From: Scenedesmus sp. PABB004 | Taxonomy: Eukaryota | DNA: 64,000 nucleotides | Direction of reading: 5' to 3' | Assembly: GCA_014905635.1 (NCBI GenBank) | Contig: JABVCE010000004.1 | Location: 992,001 to 1,056,000 of the forward strand | Shown here: piece by piece, positions 38,616 to 50,848 of the stretch | Layout: each line of letters begins with the position of its first letter | Numbering within the stretch: position 1 is the stretch's first letter | The notes under the pieces: model-generated | Told to the model about the DNA's origin: nothing | The model's input: the letters and a program-made list of their open reading frames with translations, nothing else | Database searches by the model: none | Translations under genes and position numbers: made by a program

Positions 38616-41395
38616 TCACTCCGCGGGCACGGTGGCGGCGCCGACGCCGGCGGCGCCGACGCCGGCGGCGGCGCGGCCGCCGCCGCCCCGCTGCGCCGCG
38701 CGCGCAGCCTCCTGGTGCAGCGCCTCGGCCGCCTGGATGTGGGCAACGAGCGCGGCGCCCGCGCGGCCGCCCATGAAGCGGTCCTGGTCGTAGCCCAGCA
38801 GCAGCTGCCACGCGTCGCGGGGGTACCTGCAACGGCAGCAGCGGGCGGGACGCCGCGGGTGTCTGCGGCCGGCGCGCCGCGCGCTCGCGGCGCGGTGACG
38901 AGGCTCGCGGCGCGGCCCCGGCGCGCTCACAGGTCAACGAGCGGCAGCGCCACGTCCTCCAGGCACTGCCGGCCGTGGCGCTCGTCCTCCTTGATGTGGA
39001 GCTCCCAGTAGCCGCCCACGTCCGCGCCCAGGCCGCACCGCCGCGCGGCCGCGAGGTACGTCTGCGCGCGCAGCGCCGCCGCGGCGCGCGGCGCGCGTCG
39101 GCCCCCTCTGCCGCCGGCGCCGCCCGCGCTGGCGCCGCAGCAGCAGCGTCAGGCAGCCGGCCGCGCGCGGCCGCGCGGCGGGCCTTATACACGGAGGGCC
39201 CGTTGATCTCGAAGAACGTCAGCGCGCCGGCGTAGCGCAGGTAGTGCGCGCGGCGCTCGGTGAGCAGGAAGTTGGCGTTGGCGCCCGCGAGCCAGGCCCA
39301 GGGCAGCAGCGACAGGTAGCCCTCCTCGCCTGCGCGGCGGCGGCGCGTGCACCGCGCCGGCGCGGTGCGGCGGCGGCGGCGGCGGTGGCCGCGCGGCTGG
39401 CAACGCGCGCGGCGGCGCGCGCGCACGCGGGCGGAGAGGGGGCGGCGGTGCGCCGCGCCGCGCCGCACGCGTGTCGAGGCCGAGCTGGGCCATCATGGTC
39501 TTGTAAAAGGTGGAGTGCTTGCGGGGCAGCCGGCCGCCGCCATACTCCTCCATGAGCACCCTGCCGCGGCGCGCGGCGACGCGCGCGGCTGCCTGAGCGC
39601 AGGCGGTGTGAGCGCGGCGCGCGCGGCGGCGGGCGCGGCGCGGCGGCGGGCCGGCCGCCGGGGCAGCGGCAGCGGCAGGAGAGGCGAGACCTGAAGATGG
39701 CGCAGGAGACCTCGTTGGCGGCGCCCGCGCACACGCGGCTCTGGCGGCTCGCCTCGACCAGGCCGTCCACGCTGCCCACCGCCAGCAGGTGCGCGTAGCC
39801 CTGTGTGTGCAGCGGCGGCGGCAGCAGCCTGGAGGTTGGGCAAAGCTGGCGACGACGTGCCGCGCGCGCGCACCAGCGGGCCCATCTCGTTTGCCACGTA
39901 CTCCTGCGCGCGGCTGAGCGGCGGGTCGACGTCGCGCGCAAACCTGCGGCCAGGGCGGTGGGCGGTCAGAGCCGGCACCTGCGCCGCACCGTGCCTGCGC
40001 CGCGCCGCAGCCCCGCCGCACCGCGCACGCACCGCGCGCGCAGCGCCTGCTTGATCTGCTCCGGCGTCAGCGCGCGGTACGCCTCGGCGCCCGCGAGCGG
40101 CGCGGCGAGGTCGCCGGGCCCGCCGGCGCGCTCGCACTCGGCGGCCGCCGCGTCAGCCATCTGGCCCGCCTCCCAGGCCTGCCAGGGCTCCTCGATCGAC
40201 TCGCGCAGCGCAGCCAGCCACAGGCTGCGCTCGTTGGCATACGCGGCAAGGTCGTCGTACCTGGACGCGGCGCGGCGCGGCTGGCCGCGTGAGTGACTGG
40301 GGCGGCGGCGCACGTCCGGGGGGCTGCGCGCGGGCGCGGCGGCAGGCCAGAGCCAGCTGCAGCGAAAGCGCGGCGGCGCGCACCAGAAGTGGGAGAGGCG
40401 GTTGATCTTGTAGAGCGTGCGCTGCAGGAAGAGGTGCGCGGCCGACGCGGCCGGCGCCTCGCCCGTGGCCGCCGCCACCGCGCCGCCGCCCGCCGCCGCG
40501 AGGCCGTCGGCGGAGCCGAGGCTGCTGCCGCGCCCGGCGAGCGGCGCGCGCTCGCCGTCCCCGGTCGCGGCCTCGGCGCCAAACAGCGCGTCCCAGTCGA
40601 CCTCGCAGCCGTCGTCGCCGTCGTCAGGGCAGCCGCCGGCGGCAGCGGCGCCGCCGCCACTTGTGGGCGCGCCGCGCGGCGCGGCGGCCGGCGCGGCGGC
40701 GCCGCCGCTCGCGCGCGCCGCGCCCACCGCGCCCATGCCGTCGCTCCAGTCGGCCATGCGCGCAAACGCGTCGAGCGTGCTCAGCGGGCTCGGCTGCGGC
40801 GAGCTCGAGCTCGACCCGCTGCCCGGACCGGCCGCCCAGGTGGGGCTGGCGGCGGGGCTGGCGGCGCGGGCAGGGCTCTCGCCCCGAAACGCAACGCCCA
40901 CGGCCGCCGCGACGGCGCCCTCAACGGCCGCCGCCGCCCAGCGCGCGCCCGCGTCGCCGGCCGCCAGGCGCTTGTCCAGGTCGGGCGTGGCGATGAGCTG
41001 GTCCAGCAGGCCCTCCTGAGCTGCGTACTGCGGCCGCGTGCGCGGGCGGGCACGGGCACGGCGCGCTGGTGTCCGGCCGCTGCGGCGCAGCACGGCAGCG
41101 CTCGCGGGCGCCGGCGGCGCGCAGCAGCGAGCGGCAAATGGCAGCGCACCATCTGCAGCGCCTGGCGCGACAGGGGCGTGGCGCAGGCCACGAGGTAGGC
41201 AGCGGCGCGGCCGGGCTGCAACGCCGGCGCCGCTGTCGCGGGCTGCTCGGCCGCGAACGCGGCCACGCGCACCGCGCGCGCACGGCCTGGGGGCGAACCC
41301 GCCGGTCGCGACGCGCAAAGAGCGCGCGGGCGTGGCGCGCCGCCGCCGGCGGGCGCGGCGGCGGCCGCTCGGGCTTGGGCGGCGCGACGGAGCAT
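38616..41395 (-). CDS. Heme-oxygenase-like diiron enzyme (iron-containing redox enzyme family), cyanobacterial type, with transit-like leader
   Basis: HLFLQRTLYKINRL..FWYDDL, DGLVEASRQSR, VLMEEYGGGRLPRKHSTFY, YAGALTFFE, YWELHIKEDERHG. The E...H, E and H..ED.RH pattern fits diiron ligands. Confidence 0.8.
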
Positions 41396-41633
41396 CGTGG
41401 GCGCGCCGGCGGCGTGTGGGTGGGGCGGAGGGTGTGAGGGCAGGCCGCACGGGCTCCGGGATTCATGCTGGCCGACGCCGTCGCGTGACGACGCGCGCAC
41501 GCGCTGCTCCACCGCGCGTTCTCCCACAGCCTCGCAGCTGCCCTCGTTGCCCCCGCCGCCGCATCGCTCGCCCGCAGCCCCGCCTCGGCCGCCTGCCGCA
41601 CGCGCGCGCACTCGCGCGCGTAGCGCACGTACA

Positions 41634-43098
41634 ATGCGCGCCGCCGGGTCAGCTGCGCCAGCCACGCGCAGCGCCGCCGCGCCGCCGGCCGCCGCCGCCA
41701 GCGCCAGCGCCGGCGGCCGCGGCGCGCGCGCGCGGCCAGCCGCGGCGGCGGCCGCCGCCAGCGCCGACGGCAACGGCAACGGCCGCGCCGCGGCGCTGAG
41801 CCAGGAGGCGGAGGTCTTTGTCTGCCCGGTGCGCGCGGCGGGCGCTCCCGCGGCCCCGCCAACGCGCAGCCCACCAGGCCCCGCGCACCCGGCGCCGCGC
41901 ACCCCCAGGAGGAGAGCCTGCTCTACAGCCAGTGCATTGAGAAGCTGGTGCTGAGCAGGCGCGCGCGCGGCACGCTGCGGCGCGGGCTGGCCGGGCAGCG
42001 CGCGCAGCGCGGTGCGCGCCGCGCGCGCCGCCGCCGCCGGCAGCGGCCCACGCGCGCCGCCGCCGCCGCCGCGCCCGCGCCGCCGCGCAGGCCGGGCGCG
42101 CCGGCGCGGCTCGTCGAGTTTGGCGCGGGCGACGGCGGCCCGGTGCTGGCGGCGCTCGCGCGCGCGCCGCGCGGCCGGCACACCGTGCACGCCTACGAGC
42201 TCGGCGGCCAGGCGGCGGCGCTCGCGGCCGCGCGCGCGGCGTCGGCGGGCCTCGCTGACGAGTACGTCGTGCACCACGGCTGCGCGTGGGCGGGCTTTGC
42301 GGCCCAGCGCGCGTCGCCGGGCGCCGCGAGCTGCCTCATCTCCAACCCGCCCTACCTCCCCGCGCCAGGCGCGCGCGCGCGCGCCGCGCACCGCGCGCCG
42401 CCGCGCGCCGCCGCGCAGCACGGGCGCAGCTCGCGCGGGTCTCGCGCCGCGGCCACGACCTCGGCCGCCGCCGCTGCCGCCGCTGCCTGGCGCAGACGCC
42501 GACATCCTCATGCCGGACCTCTGGGGCGGCCCCGACGGCGCGGGCCTGACGCGGCAGCTGCTCAGCACCGGCTTCGACACCGCGATGCTCATGGTGTCGG
42601 GTGCGCTGCGCAGCGCACCAGCTGCCCGCGCGTGCGCGCAGCAGCACGGCCCGCGCCGCCGCCGCCCGCGCCGCCGCCGCCCGGCCGCCGCCGCGATTGC
42701 GGCGCCCGCCGCGCGCTCGCTGCCGCCGCCGCCGCGGCGCCAGCCGTCTCCAACCCCGCGGCCACGCTGCGCCATGCGGCGGCCGAGGGCTACGCCGTCG
42801 CCGACTTCGCCGTCGCGCCGCTGGCCTTTGGGCGGTACAGCAGCGAGCCCAAGGTGTCGGCCTGCATCGCGGTCATGGCCCGCCGCGGCGAGGCGTTCTA
42901 CAGCGAGGCCAGCCGCACCTACCTGCTCGCGGGTGCGCGGCGCGGGCGCGCGCCGGCGGGCAGCCGGTGCCGGCGTGCCAGGGCCGGCGCCGCCCGCCGC
43001 CGCCGCCGCCGCTCGCAGGTGTGCTCTTTGAGAAGCGCAGCGGGGCTGCGGGCGGGCCAGACCTGCGCGACGAGCTGCTGCGCGTGCTCACCGCCTGA
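41634..43098 (+). CDS. Class I SAM-dependent methyltransferase (HemK-like, NPPY motif), cyanobacterial type
   Basis: FVCPEESLLYSQCIEKLV, VEFGAGDG (motif I), VHAYEL, LISNPPYLPAP, LWGGPDG, FGRYSSEPKV, YLLAGVLF. Ala/Arg-rich leader; two GC donors. Confidence 0.85.
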
Positions 43099-43814
43099 GC
43101 GGCGGCGCCGGGTGGGAGCTGGTGGGAGCGGAGGCGACCACTTGACTTGTGGGGGCAAGTTGGTGGTTGGATTTGGGAGATGGCGAGGCTGGCCAGCTGC
43201 GCCCGGTGAGGCGTGCGCTGCGTGCTCGGCGGCCGTGGCGGCCGCCATGGCAGCCTGCGCCGCGGTCGGTTCGACTTGAACAGCGGCTGTAAGGCTTCCG
43301 GCCGAGCACCGGAGCCGGGAGCCGCGCGTGCAGGAACATAAGCCCGCAACTGAGCGCATAACAAGTCGCCCGTCGAATGACTCGCACGATACGCCGCCCC
43401 GTTCCCAATCACCGTGCTCGAGAGCTCAGGCCGACCGCTCCGGCCTTCGGCAGGCAGCCGCGCGCGCTCAGCGCGCGCAGCTCGCGACGAACCTGCGGCC
43501 GCCCCCGCGCGGTGGCCCGCAGCGCTAACCAGGCACCCCCAGGCTCATTGCTCCGTCCCGACAGCAGCTGTAGCCACCAACAGCAGCCTGCAGAGCAGGG
43601 GGCTGAGCGGGGCCGGCCGGCAGGCTGCTGCTGCCGCCGGTGCCGCCGCGCCCGCGGCGCGCAGCCTGCAGGAAGCCCGCGCAGGCTGGTGACGGTGGGC
43701 AGCAGGCAGGTGCGGCCGTCACATGCGCGGCACCGCACGGCCGCAGCCGCCGCCGCTGCGCTGAACGCCCCGCTGCAGCTCCGCCGCCCACGCGTTCTGC
43801 TGCCCCCACGCAGG

Positions 43815-45511
43815 ATGTATCTGGCCAAGGTCGTGTCGCATCGGCAGTCTGACACGGACGTCATTCGGCGTCTGAAAAAGTCGCTGTGCGCCAAGCGGCG
43901 CCAGCTCAGCCAGCTGGAGGTGCGCGCGGCGCACGTGTCGCGCGCCCGCCGCCAGCCGCGCACTGTGCCGCAGCTCAGCGCCGTGCTGCTGCTCTGCCGC
44001 CGCGGCGACCTTGCCGCAGGCGCAGCACAGCCAGCTGGAGCAGGAGCACCACGTGCTGGTGTGCTTCTGCGACGCGCTGCGCCGCGTGCGCGAAGAGCAC
44101 GGGCAGCTGCTGGCCGGGGCCGACCTGATGGACGCAGAGGTGGAGGAGCTCGCCATGGACGCTGAGCAGGCGCTGCTGCAGGAGCTGGCCGGCGTGCCGT
44201 ATGACGGCGGGCCGGCGGCGGCCCCCTCACCGGAGCCATTGCCCGTCGACAGCAGCAGCGGTGCTGCCGACGACGACAGCGACGTGCCGCTCGCCCAGCG
44301 GCCCTGCGCGCCCGCACATGACCCCTGGTGGCTGCTGCACCGCGCGCTGGCTGCGTATGACGGCCCGGCACCGGCCAGCCTCACGTGTGCGCACCTGCAG
44401 GAGGCGTGCCAAGCTGCGGAGCGCGAGTTACTGCCGCACTTGGCCAACTTTGACGCGCTGACCGCGGGCCAGGCCGCCGGGGCGGCGGTGCAGCCGGGCG
44501 GCGCGCAGGTGCTGCTGGACAAGCTGCAGCGTGTGTTCGAGCGGTTGCTCAGTCGTTTGGTACTGGGAGCTCTTGTGCGCCCAGAGCTGGCGGTGCTCCG
44601 CGTGGTGAGGGCTCGCGCCGCTTCAGGGCGGCTGCTGGCCGTGGACGCAGCCCAAGCTGGCACCGCCGGGTACTCTGCCGTGCCGCCTGACCGCCCGACT
44701 GTGCGCGCACACACGCAGACCAACCTCGTCACCGGCGAGATGCTGACCGAGCCCAGCAAGGAGCGCCACGCGTGGTGAGTGCGTGGGCGCGCGCCTGCCA
44801 GGCGGTGCGGCCCGTGCGTCCGCCATGCGCAGGGCCAGACACGCCCGCTGCCGCCGCAGGGTGCTCCCGCAGCTGCAGCTCTCGCCAGCACAGGAGCGCC
44901 AGATTGCGCTGAGCGTTGGGCTCTTCCAGCGGCTGTGGCAGCGTCTTTGTGAGGAGCGCCGCCTGCTGCAGACGCAGCAGCAGGACAGCGGCGCCGGCGC
45001 GAGCAGCGCCGACGGCGGCGACGAGGCCATCGACGGCCTGCCCCAGCCTTTCACGCACGGCCGCCTGCTGGAGGAGCGGGCGAAGCGCTCCGCGCGCCTT
45101 GAGCTGCTGCTGCAGAAGGTGCGCCCCGCGCAGCACCCGCGCCGCGCGGCGCGGCCGCCTGTCGCCTGCCGGCGCCGGCCGGCCGCTCCTCACTCGCGGC
45201 GGCGCCTCCCCTGCCCTCATCAGGAGGCGGTCATGCACATCTGCTTTACCTGCTATTTCCTCGGCTGCCTCTCCTGGGTGCAGATCGCCCGCATGCACGT
45301 GAGCGCCGGCGCCGCGCGCGGCCGCAGCGCGGCGGCGCGCCCGCTCCCGTGCCCGGCCGGCCCACCCCGCGCCCTCCTCCCGGCGCGCCGCGCGCAGGTC
45401 CTCATGCACCCCTGGTTCACGGTGCCGTGGCTGCTGTACTCCCTGATCGCCGAAAAGGTGGACGCCGAGCAGCGGGCCGCCGGCGGCACCGGGCGGCCGC
45501 AGCAGCCGTAG
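43815..45511 (+). CDS. bZIP-like/coiled-coil algal family protein, copy A
   Basis: Basic region followed by heptads (IRRLKKSLCAKRRQLSQLEAQHSQLEQEH), then a helical C-terminal domain. Six coding exons; ends at TAG. Confidence 0.65.
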
Positions 45512-46775
45512 CGGGGCGCCGGCGTCGCCACGGAGTGTCAGTGTATGCATAATCCAACACACACAGTCGGATAACCAGTGGTTTGCCGCGGCCGTGACAC
45601 TTTCGCGTGCAGGAGCACGCACACGGGGTCATCGCCAATCTGAACCACGTGGCGGAGCTGCGTGCCGGGTGTCGGGTGCTGGTATCGGTCATCATCTGAG
45701 GGTGACCTGCTCCACGAATCTTGCTCCAGCGGGCACCACCACTTCTGCTGCGCAGCGGCTGCCCCGCCTGCGGCACGAGCGGCTGCAGCTGCGGGCTCGG
45801 GTGAAGGGTCGCGCGGCGTCGGCTTGCAGTGAGCGGCGGGGGTGGGGCGGGGACTTTGCCGCCAGTGTGGCAAAGTCTGGGAGTTGATGATGTGGCACAA
45901 CCATGCGCTGGCCTGGCGGCGCGCGTCAGCTCGGGCGCCTGCTCGAACTGTCGGCGGCGGCGTGCCAAGGTTCTTGAATCGCTGCTCCGAGGCAAGCAAC
46001 CGGCTTGCCGCTGCACCAGCCCGCGCCCTCAAGACCACGCCGCCACGTGGTCAGCGGCGCCTGCGCAGCCTCGCTCGGCGTGGTGAGGCCGCCTTTGCTC
46101 GCCTCGTGCGTCAGCGCGTGGTGCACGCGGTGGCGAGCCACCTGGGCGCCTTCAGACGCGCGCGCCGCGGGCGGCCGCTTCGCGCGTCCGGCGCGTCCGG
46201 CTCGGCAGGCCGCGGCGCCGCCATGACAGCGCCTGCCCCAGGGCCGGTAAGACTTGACCAGCCCCCCCCGTAGCAAGGTGCCGGTCGACCGCCGGCGGGG
46301 CTTTTGCTGTGCGCCGCTGCACAGGGTTCCGCGCCGCCGGCTGTGATGAGCGCAGGCCGCGCCGCTCACAATCACAGAAGGCCGCGCGCTCAGGCGGCAA
46401 GCACCCGCCCCGGGAGGCCGCGCGCGCCCGGCGCGTGCAGCTCCGCGAGCCTGCCGCCCCGTGCGTGGCGCGCAGCGCCAGGCAGGCGAGCAGCTCCAGG
46501 CTTGTGCAGCGCTCCGTCACGACAGCAGCTCCGGCCGCACGCAGCAGCCTGCAGAGCAGGCAGCCGAGCGGGCCGGCCGGCTGCTGCTGCTGCCGCCGGT
46601 GCCGCCGCGCCCGCGGCGCGCAGCCTGCAGGAAGCCCGCGCAGGCTGGTGACGGTGGGCAGCAGGCAGGTGCGGCCGTCACATGCGCGGCACCGCACGGC
46701 CGCAGCCGCCACCGCTGCGCCGAACGCCCCGCTGCAGCTCCGCCGCGCCCACGCGCCCCGCTGCCCCCACGCAGG

Positions 46776-48492
46776 ATGTATCGGGCCAAGGTCGTGTCCA
46801 ATCGATTATATGACAAGGACCTCATTCGGCGTCTGAAAAAGTCGCTGTGGGCCAAGAGACGCCAGCTCAGCCAGCTGGAGGTGCGCGCGGCGCACGTGTC
46901 GCGCGCCCGCCCGCCAGCGACGCGCGCTGCCGCAGCTCAGCGCCGTGCTGCTGCTCTCCCGCCGCGGCGACCTTGCCGCAGGCGCAGCACAGCCAGCTGG
47001 AGCAGGAGCACCACGTGCTGGTGTGCTTCTGCGACGCGCTGCGCCGCGTGCGCGAAGAGCACGGGCAGCTGCTGGCCGGGGCCGACCTGATGGACGCAGA
47101 GGTGGAGGAGCTCGCCATGGACGCTGAGCAGGCGCTGCTGCAGGAGCTGGCCGGCGTGCCGTATGACGGCGGGCCGGCGGCGGCCCCCTCACCGGAGCCA
47201 TTGCCCGTCGACAGCAGCAGCGGTGCTGCCGACGACGACAGCGACGTGCCGCTCGCCCAGCGGCCCTGCGCGCCCGCACATGACCCCTGGTGGCTGCTGC
47301 ACCGCGTGCTGGCTGCGTATGACGGCCCGGCACCGGCCAGCCTCACGTGTGCGCACCTGCAGGAGGCGTGCCAAGCTGCGGAGCGCGAGGCATCGCTCCA
47401 CTTGGCCAGCTTTGACGCGCTGACCGCGGGCCAGGCCGCCGGGGCGGCGGTGCAGCCGGGCGGCACGCAGGTGCTGCTGGACAAGCTGCAGCGTGTGTTC
47501 GAGCGGTTGCTCAGTCGTTTGGTACTGGGATCTCTTGTGCGCCCAGAGCTGGCGGTGCTCCGCGTGGTGAGGGCTCGCGCCGCTTCAGGGCGGGCTGCTG
47601 GCCGCGGACGCAGCCCAAGCTGGCACCGCCGGGTACTCTGCCGTGCCGCCTGACCGCCCGACTGTGCGCGCACACACGCAGATCAACCTCGTCACCGGCG
47701 AGATGCTGACCGAGCCCAGCAAGGAGCGCCACGCGTGGTGAGTGCGTGGGCGCGCGCCTGCCAGGCGGTGCAGCCCGTGCGTCCGCCATGCGCAGGGCCA
47801 GACACGCCCGCTGCCGCCGCAGGGTGCTCCCGCAGCTGCAGCTCTCGCCAGCACAGGAGCGCCAGATTGCGCTGAGCGTTGGGCTCTTCCAGCGGCTGTG
47901 GCAGCGTCTTTGTGAGGAGCGCCGCCTGCTGCAGACGCAGCAGCAGGACAGCGGCGCCGGCGCGAGCAGCGCCGACGGCGGCGACGAGGCCATCGACGGC
48001 CTGCCCCAGCCTTTCACGCACGGCCGCCTGCTGGAGGAGCGGGCGAAGCGCTCCGCGCGCCTTGAGCTGCTGCTGCAGAAGGTGCGCCCCGCGCAGCACC
48101 CGCGCCGCGCGGCGCGGCCGCCTGTCGCCTGCCGGCGCCGGCCGGCCGCTCCTCACTCGCGGCGGCGCCTCCCCTGCCCTCATCAGGAGGCGGTCATGCA
48201 CATCTGCTTTACCTTCTACTTCCTTGGCTGCCTCTCCTGGGTGCAGATCGCCCGCATGCACGTGAGCGCCGGCGGGCGGTGACCACGCTCCGCCGCGCGC
48301 GGCCGCAGCGCGGCGGCGCGCCCGCTCCCGTGCCCGGCCGGCCCACCCCGCGCCCTCCTCCCGGTGCGCCGCGCGCAGGTCCTCATGCACCCCTGGTTCA
48401 CGGTGCCGTGGCTGCTGTACTCCCTGATCGCCGAAAAGGTGGACGCCGAGCAGCGGGCCGCCGGCGGCACCGGGCGGCCGCAGCAGCCGTAG
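46776..48492 (+). CDS. bZIP-like family protein, copy B (tandem duplicate of A)
   Basis: Same exon and intron structure as copy A and near-identical sequence, including the 3' flank. Confidence 0.65.
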
Positions 48493-49014
48493 CGGGGCGC
48501 CGGCGTCGCCACGGAGTGTCAGTGTATGCATAATCCAACACACACAGTCGGATAACCAGTGGTTTGCCGCGGCCGTGACACTTTCGCGTGCAGGAGCACG
48601 CACACGGGGTCATCGCCAATCTGAACCACGTGGCGGAGCTGCGTGCCGGGTGTCGGGTGCTGGTATCGGTCATGATCTTGAGATGGTATGGCCTACAAAA
48701 TCATGCTGTGGGGCGCACCACCACTTCTGCTGCGCAGCAGCTGCCCCGCCTGCGGCACGAGCGGCTGCAGCTGCGGGCTCGGGTGAAGGATCGTGCGGGA
48801 TCGGCTCGCTTCACAGCAAGCTCGCTGTGAACAGGAGATGGGGCGGAGGGGGGGGTGCCAATGCAGGACTGGGAGTTCATGTTTGGCAGGTGCGCGCGCC
48901 AGCTCGGGCGTCTGTTCGCGTCTGTCCTATCGGTGGCGTGCCAAGGGCCAAGATTCGTAAATCTCTGCTGCTCCGGAGCAACCGGCCTGCCGCTGCACCA
49001 GCCCGAGGCCGCCC

Positions 49015-50557
49015 TCAAAACCACGCCACGTGCGCGGCCGCGCGGCGCAGCAGCGCGTACGCAGCCTCCAGCTCCCGCTCGCCCACGCCGCCGCCGCCGC
49101 CGCCGCCCGCCGCCCGCGCCGCGAGGGCCGCGGCGTCCAGCAGCTGCCCCAGGCCCGGCTGCTGCCCGGCCAGCGCGCGCCGGACGACGCCGAGCTCCTC
49201 GCGGTGCCGCGCGAGCGCCGCCTCTGTGTGCTCGTTGGCGGGGTGGCTTTCGCGAATGGAGCGCTCCCACTCCTCTGCGCCGGGGGGCGGCGGGCGCTCG
49301 CCGCGGCGGCGGCGGCGGCGCGCGAGCGGGCAGGGGGCAGGCAGCGCGCCGCGCGGGCCGCCGCCGCACCCGCGTGCGCGAGCTTGCAGACGTGCTGCCG
49401 CACCGTCGGCTGCATGAGGAAAGCCAGCAGCTCGTCGCTGAGCCGGCCCGCCGCGTCGCCGCGCGGCGGCGGCACGCGCGCGGCGCCGCCCGCCGCCGCG
49501 GCGCCGCCGCGCGCGCGGCCCTCCGAGAGCCAGACCGTCAAGCAGCTGCGCGGCGCGGCGCTCGGCAGGACGCGGTGCAGCATCCGCGTCGATGAGAAGA
49601 GGACAAGGCGGTCTGCGAGCGGCTCGACGTCCAGCGGCGGCGCGGGGAAGGGGTACAGGCGCAGCTGCCCGCCGTGCTCGGGCCGCCAGTTCGCGTTGAG
49701 GTACAAGATGGCCTGCGGAGGAGGAGCAGGCGGCCCCGCACGGAGGGGCAGGCGGCGCTAGGCCCCCGCAGCACAGCCGCGCAGGCGCAGCAGGGCGCGG
49801 CAGGGCGCGGCAGGGCGCAGCAGGGCGCCGCACCGTGACGCGGCGGCCGTCGAGGCCGTCGTCCGAGTCAAAGTGCATGGGGAAGCATCCTCCGCCCCCT
49901 GCGAGCGTCGGGCGGCGGGGCCGGGCGGCTGGCTGCCACGCAGCCAGCGCAGCGGCGCTGCGGCCCCGCGCACAGGTGCGCACCCTCATTGTGCTGCAGC
50001 TTGATCGCGTGCGACTCTAGCCGCAGCGCCGGCAGCAGCAACGAGAGCATCGTCGCGAGCGTGCGGTCGCCGTCGAGCTGCGCCAGCAGCGGCGCCGCGC
50101 GCCGCACGGCCGCGTCGAGGCTCAGCTCGGCCTCCATAATCGCCGCCTTGGCCAGGAGCGACGTCCCGCCGCGCGCGTCGACCAGGTGCGTGTGGTTGGC
50201 GTGCATCAGCCCCCGCGCGTGCAGGCCGCGCAGCTCCGCCTCGAGCGCCGCCGCCGCCGGCGCGCCGAGCACGCCGTCGACGACCGTGTGGCCGCGCGCC
50301 GCGAGGGCCTCGCACACGGACGGCGTGAGCGCCGCCTGCAGCCGCTCGAGCGGCAGCCGCTGCGTGTGCTGTCGCCGCCACTGCTGCTGCTGCGGCGGCT
50401 GGTGCTGGTGCTGCTGGTGGTGGTGCTGCTGCGTCGCCGCCGCCGCTGCTGCCGCTGCCGCCGCTGGCGACGCCGCGCCCGGAGCGGCCGCGTGCGCCAG
50501 CAGCAGCAGGCCCGGCGGCGGCGCCGCGCCGCCTCGCCGCAGCGCGGCGCGCATCAT
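49015..50557 (-). CDS. 2OG-Fe(II) oxygenase (prolyl-hydroxylase/EGLN-like)
   Basis: FPMHFD (HxD), ILYLNANW..EHGGQLRL, DRLVLFSSTRMLHRVLPS..PR. Confidence 0.88.
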
Positions 50558-50848
50558 TATCGTGGCTTGATGATGGGCTGCACGGCACGACGCGGCGGTG
50601 GACACCGGGCGTGTTGTGCGGCACGGCCGGCGCGCGCGGCGCCGGGGCCCCGGCGCTTGTGCCGCAGCGGCGGCAGCACTGACAAAGACCCGGCGCGGTG
50701 GGGCACCGGAAGCCGGCCGGTACGACGCGCGTGGAGAGACAAGCGGGACTCGCGATCGCGACGCGCAGGCACCAGGGCAGGCACTTGACTCGATCATCTG
50801 CCCGCTCTCACCGCGCGGCGCGCCTCGCCGGGCCTGGGCGCGCCCGGC

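Noticed and set aside
22566..43098. Bacterial contamination as the source of the ars and HDO/methyltransferase genes
   Set aside because: All carry host-style spliceosomal introns and host-like composition, several have TGTAA signals, and they are interleaved with eukaryote-specific genes.
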